From a virus (Duplodnaviria > Heunggongvirae > Uroviricota > Caudoviricetes), in the IMG/VR virus record IMGVR_UViG_3300031419_000581: 26,981 nucleotides of DNA, one strand, 5' to 3'. The translations under genes and the position numbers were made by a program. The notes under the pieces were generated by a model. The model made no database searches and was not told the DNA's origin. It was given only the letters and a program-made list of their open reading frames with translations. This document shows positions 25,578-26,981 of the stretch, piece by piece; position 1 is the first letter of the stretch; each line of letters begins with the position of its first letter.

Positions 25578-26498
25578 ATGAATAACATGAAAAAAGTTCT
25601 GGCAGTAGCAGGGATTGGTTTGGCAGCATTGAGTTTTAATGCAAGCGCATTTCATTTTGGTCTGGATAGCGTTGCAGGGTATGTAAAAGATAAAGTAGTT
25701 GAGAAGACCGTAGATTCGGCAAAAGATAAAATGTCTAATGTTGCCAGTTCTGGTAGCGAGGTGAGACCCAGTGCCGAGCATTGTAAGAGTTTAATGCCTT
25801 CGGGTTATCCAACTATGGCAGGTGATAACAATCTGGTTTATTTATGTCATCAGGGTTATGTGGTTGGTTATAATACTCAATATAAAACTCCTGCATGGGT
25901 TGCTGAATTGCTGACTCGTGAAAATCTTGATACAAAAAATGCAACACGTAATGATAATTTTCGTCCAGATCCGGCATTATTGAGGGCAAATGCTTCTGCG
26001 AGTGCTTCACTGTCAGATTATTCAGGTTCTTCTCGTGTAGGTCAGGGGTATGATCGAGGTCATATGGCACCAGCAGAAGATTTTCGTAAGTTCCCTGATC
26101 AAATGGACGAAAGTTTCTATTTGTCTAACATGGTTCCTCAGAATTCCAACAACAACCGTGGTGTATGGGCCGCACTGGAAAAGAACGTCCGTGACTGGGC
26201 TCAGCGTTATCAGGTCGCTGAGGTTGTAACCGGTTCAATTTATTACAATGGTCGTAGTCAGGGGAATTTAGGTAATATTGCAATTCCTACTCATTTATAT
26301 AAAGTTGTTTATCTGCCGACAAAAAATGAAGCTATGGCGTTTATTCTTCCTAATGCGCCGGTCGATAAATCAGCACTACCTCAGTATGCTATGTCTGTGT
26401 CTGATGCTGAAAAATTGACGGGTATGAAATTTTTCCCTGGTGTTTCAGACGCAGTAAAAGCTGTGAAGCCTGCTGATTTGAAAATTTTTAACCGCTAA
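25578..26498 (+). CDS. Exported DNA/RNA non-specific endonuclease (NucA/EndoG, His-Me finger)
   Basis: YDRGHMAPA catalytic motif, SFYLSNMVPQ, NRGVWAALE, IPTHLYKV; Sec signal peptide ending ASA. Confidence 0.92.
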   Translation: MNNMKKVLAVAGIGLAALSFNASAFHFGLDSVAGYVKDKVVEKTVDSAKDKMSNVASSGSEVRPSAEHCKSLMPSGYPTMAGDNNLVYLCHQGYVVGYNTQYKTPAWVAELLTRENLDTKNATRNDNFRPDPALLRANASASASLSDYSGSSRVGQGYDRGHMAPAEDFRKFPDQMDESFYLSNMVPQNSNNNRGVWAALEKNVRDWAQRYQVAEVVTGSIYYNGRSQGNLGNIAIPTHLYKVVYLPTKNEAMAFILPNAPVDKSALPQYAMSVSDAEKLTGMKFFPGVSDAVKAVKPADLKIFNR

Positions 26499-26531
26499 GT
26501 ATAAGTATAAGTATTATATATTAAGTCAGAT

Positions 26532-26560
26532 AAAAAAAGACCTCTTATGAGGTCTTTTTT
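26532..26560. terminator. Bidirectional intrinsic terminator
   Basis: AAAAAAAGACCTC-ttat-GAGGTCTTTTTT. Confidence 0.85.
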
Positions 26561-26586
26561 ATTGTCATTGATTATTGAAATTGCTA

Positions 26587-26981
26587 TTAAATTCGATTTG
26601 CTTTATTCGCTTTATTAACAGGGTTCCACATTTCCTTCATAGAAAATTGATATGAAAGATTAAACTTCTCATATAATGAACGGTCGTCGGAAGAAAGTGG
26701 TTTTTTAGTCAATACCTCTTCGAGTTTCTGGCTGTAATTATCGTGATAATCGATAATAGTTTCGATTATCTCTTTTTTATCTTCTTCGTTCAGGCGAAAA
26801 TCAGGATATAACTCTTGCATAATAATCACACCTTCATAGAGTGATTTTAATCTTTCAACAAAGGATTTCACATTATGTTCATGAGCAGGAAACCTGTTGT
26901 TATCCTCAGTTCTGAGTTTATCCATGTAATTATCCATGTATTCTCTAACAAGTGAACGATTTTTATCAAGATTTTCAGTAA
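26587..26981 (-). CDS. Hypothetical protein, 5'-truncated by the window edge, with C-terminal ...KANRI tag
   Basis: The frame stays open upstream of ATG 26937 to the window end (TENLDKNRSLVREY-MDNY...). Confidence 0.7.
   Translation of the reverse strand, partial: TENLDKNRSLVREYMDNYMDKLRTEDNNRFPAHEHNVKSFVERLKSLYEGVIIMQELYPDFRLNEEDKKEIIETIIDYHDNYSQKLEEVLTKKPLSSDDRSLYEKFNLSYQFSMKEMWNPVNKANKANRI

Noticed and set aside
2718-26070. Short overlapping ORFs in the track (e.g. 2718, 6310, 7817, 9587, 9669, 10286, 12033, 12694, 12908, 14494, 17872, 18480, 18689, 19644, 20166, 20896, 21513, 21729, 22459, 25131, 25551, 25813)
   Set aside because: They are antisense or off-frame to longer, better-supported genes and have no RBS or motif support.
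938-26937. Resemblance of the NRL/KRL/SRI ends to the eukaryotic peroxisomal PTS1 (SKL) signal
   Set aside because: The context is bacterial (Shine-Dalgarno sites, intrinsic terminators), and half the ends finish in Ile, which fits PTS1 poorly. It would matter only if delivery to eukaryotic cells were shown.
1-26981. CRISPR array, tRNA, rRNA, integron attC sites, or shufflon-type inversion sites near the pilin genes
   Set aside because: No regularly spaced repeats, cloverleaf structures, attC-like sites or recombinase gene were found by eye.

Overview
AT-rich, gene-dense accessory region. It most likely comes from a large gammaproteobacterial (enterobacterial-like) plasmid or another giant mobile element; this is an inference from rdgC, a type IV pilin and an IS200/IS605 element sitting among many orphan genes with no housekeeping synteny. 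Recognisable genes are a 5'-truncated SAM methyltransferase, a SIMPL/DUF541 protein, RdgC, a Ser/Thr metallophosphoesterase, a MYG1-family protein, a second SAM methyltransferase, a CobB-like Sir2 deacylase, a PilS-like prepilin, an exported NucA/EndoG-type nuclease, and a complete tnpB-only IS200/IS605 element (19474-21176) with IS608-like ends. Most genes are monocistronic, each with its own promoter and intrinsic terminator. The most striking unexplained signal is a shared C-terminus: 10 of about 30 credible CDS, all otherwise unrelated hypothetical proteins with no Sec signal, end in R-[L/I]-stop, usually about 21-28 aa after an [E/D/Q]-[K/R]-x-x-[L/I] motif. One of the ten is visible only by reading through a premature stop, and some carry ankyrin-like repeats. 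This looks like a common export, docking or degradation tag, for example a type IV secretion substrate signal. Other features are two pilin-like paralogs lacking the prepilin motif, a tandem paralog pair with Glu-rich tails, a thrice-repeated intergenic motif of about 19 nt, and a long intergenic hairpin. No rRNA, tRNA or CRISPR array was seen. All homology calls are by eye; no database search was run.
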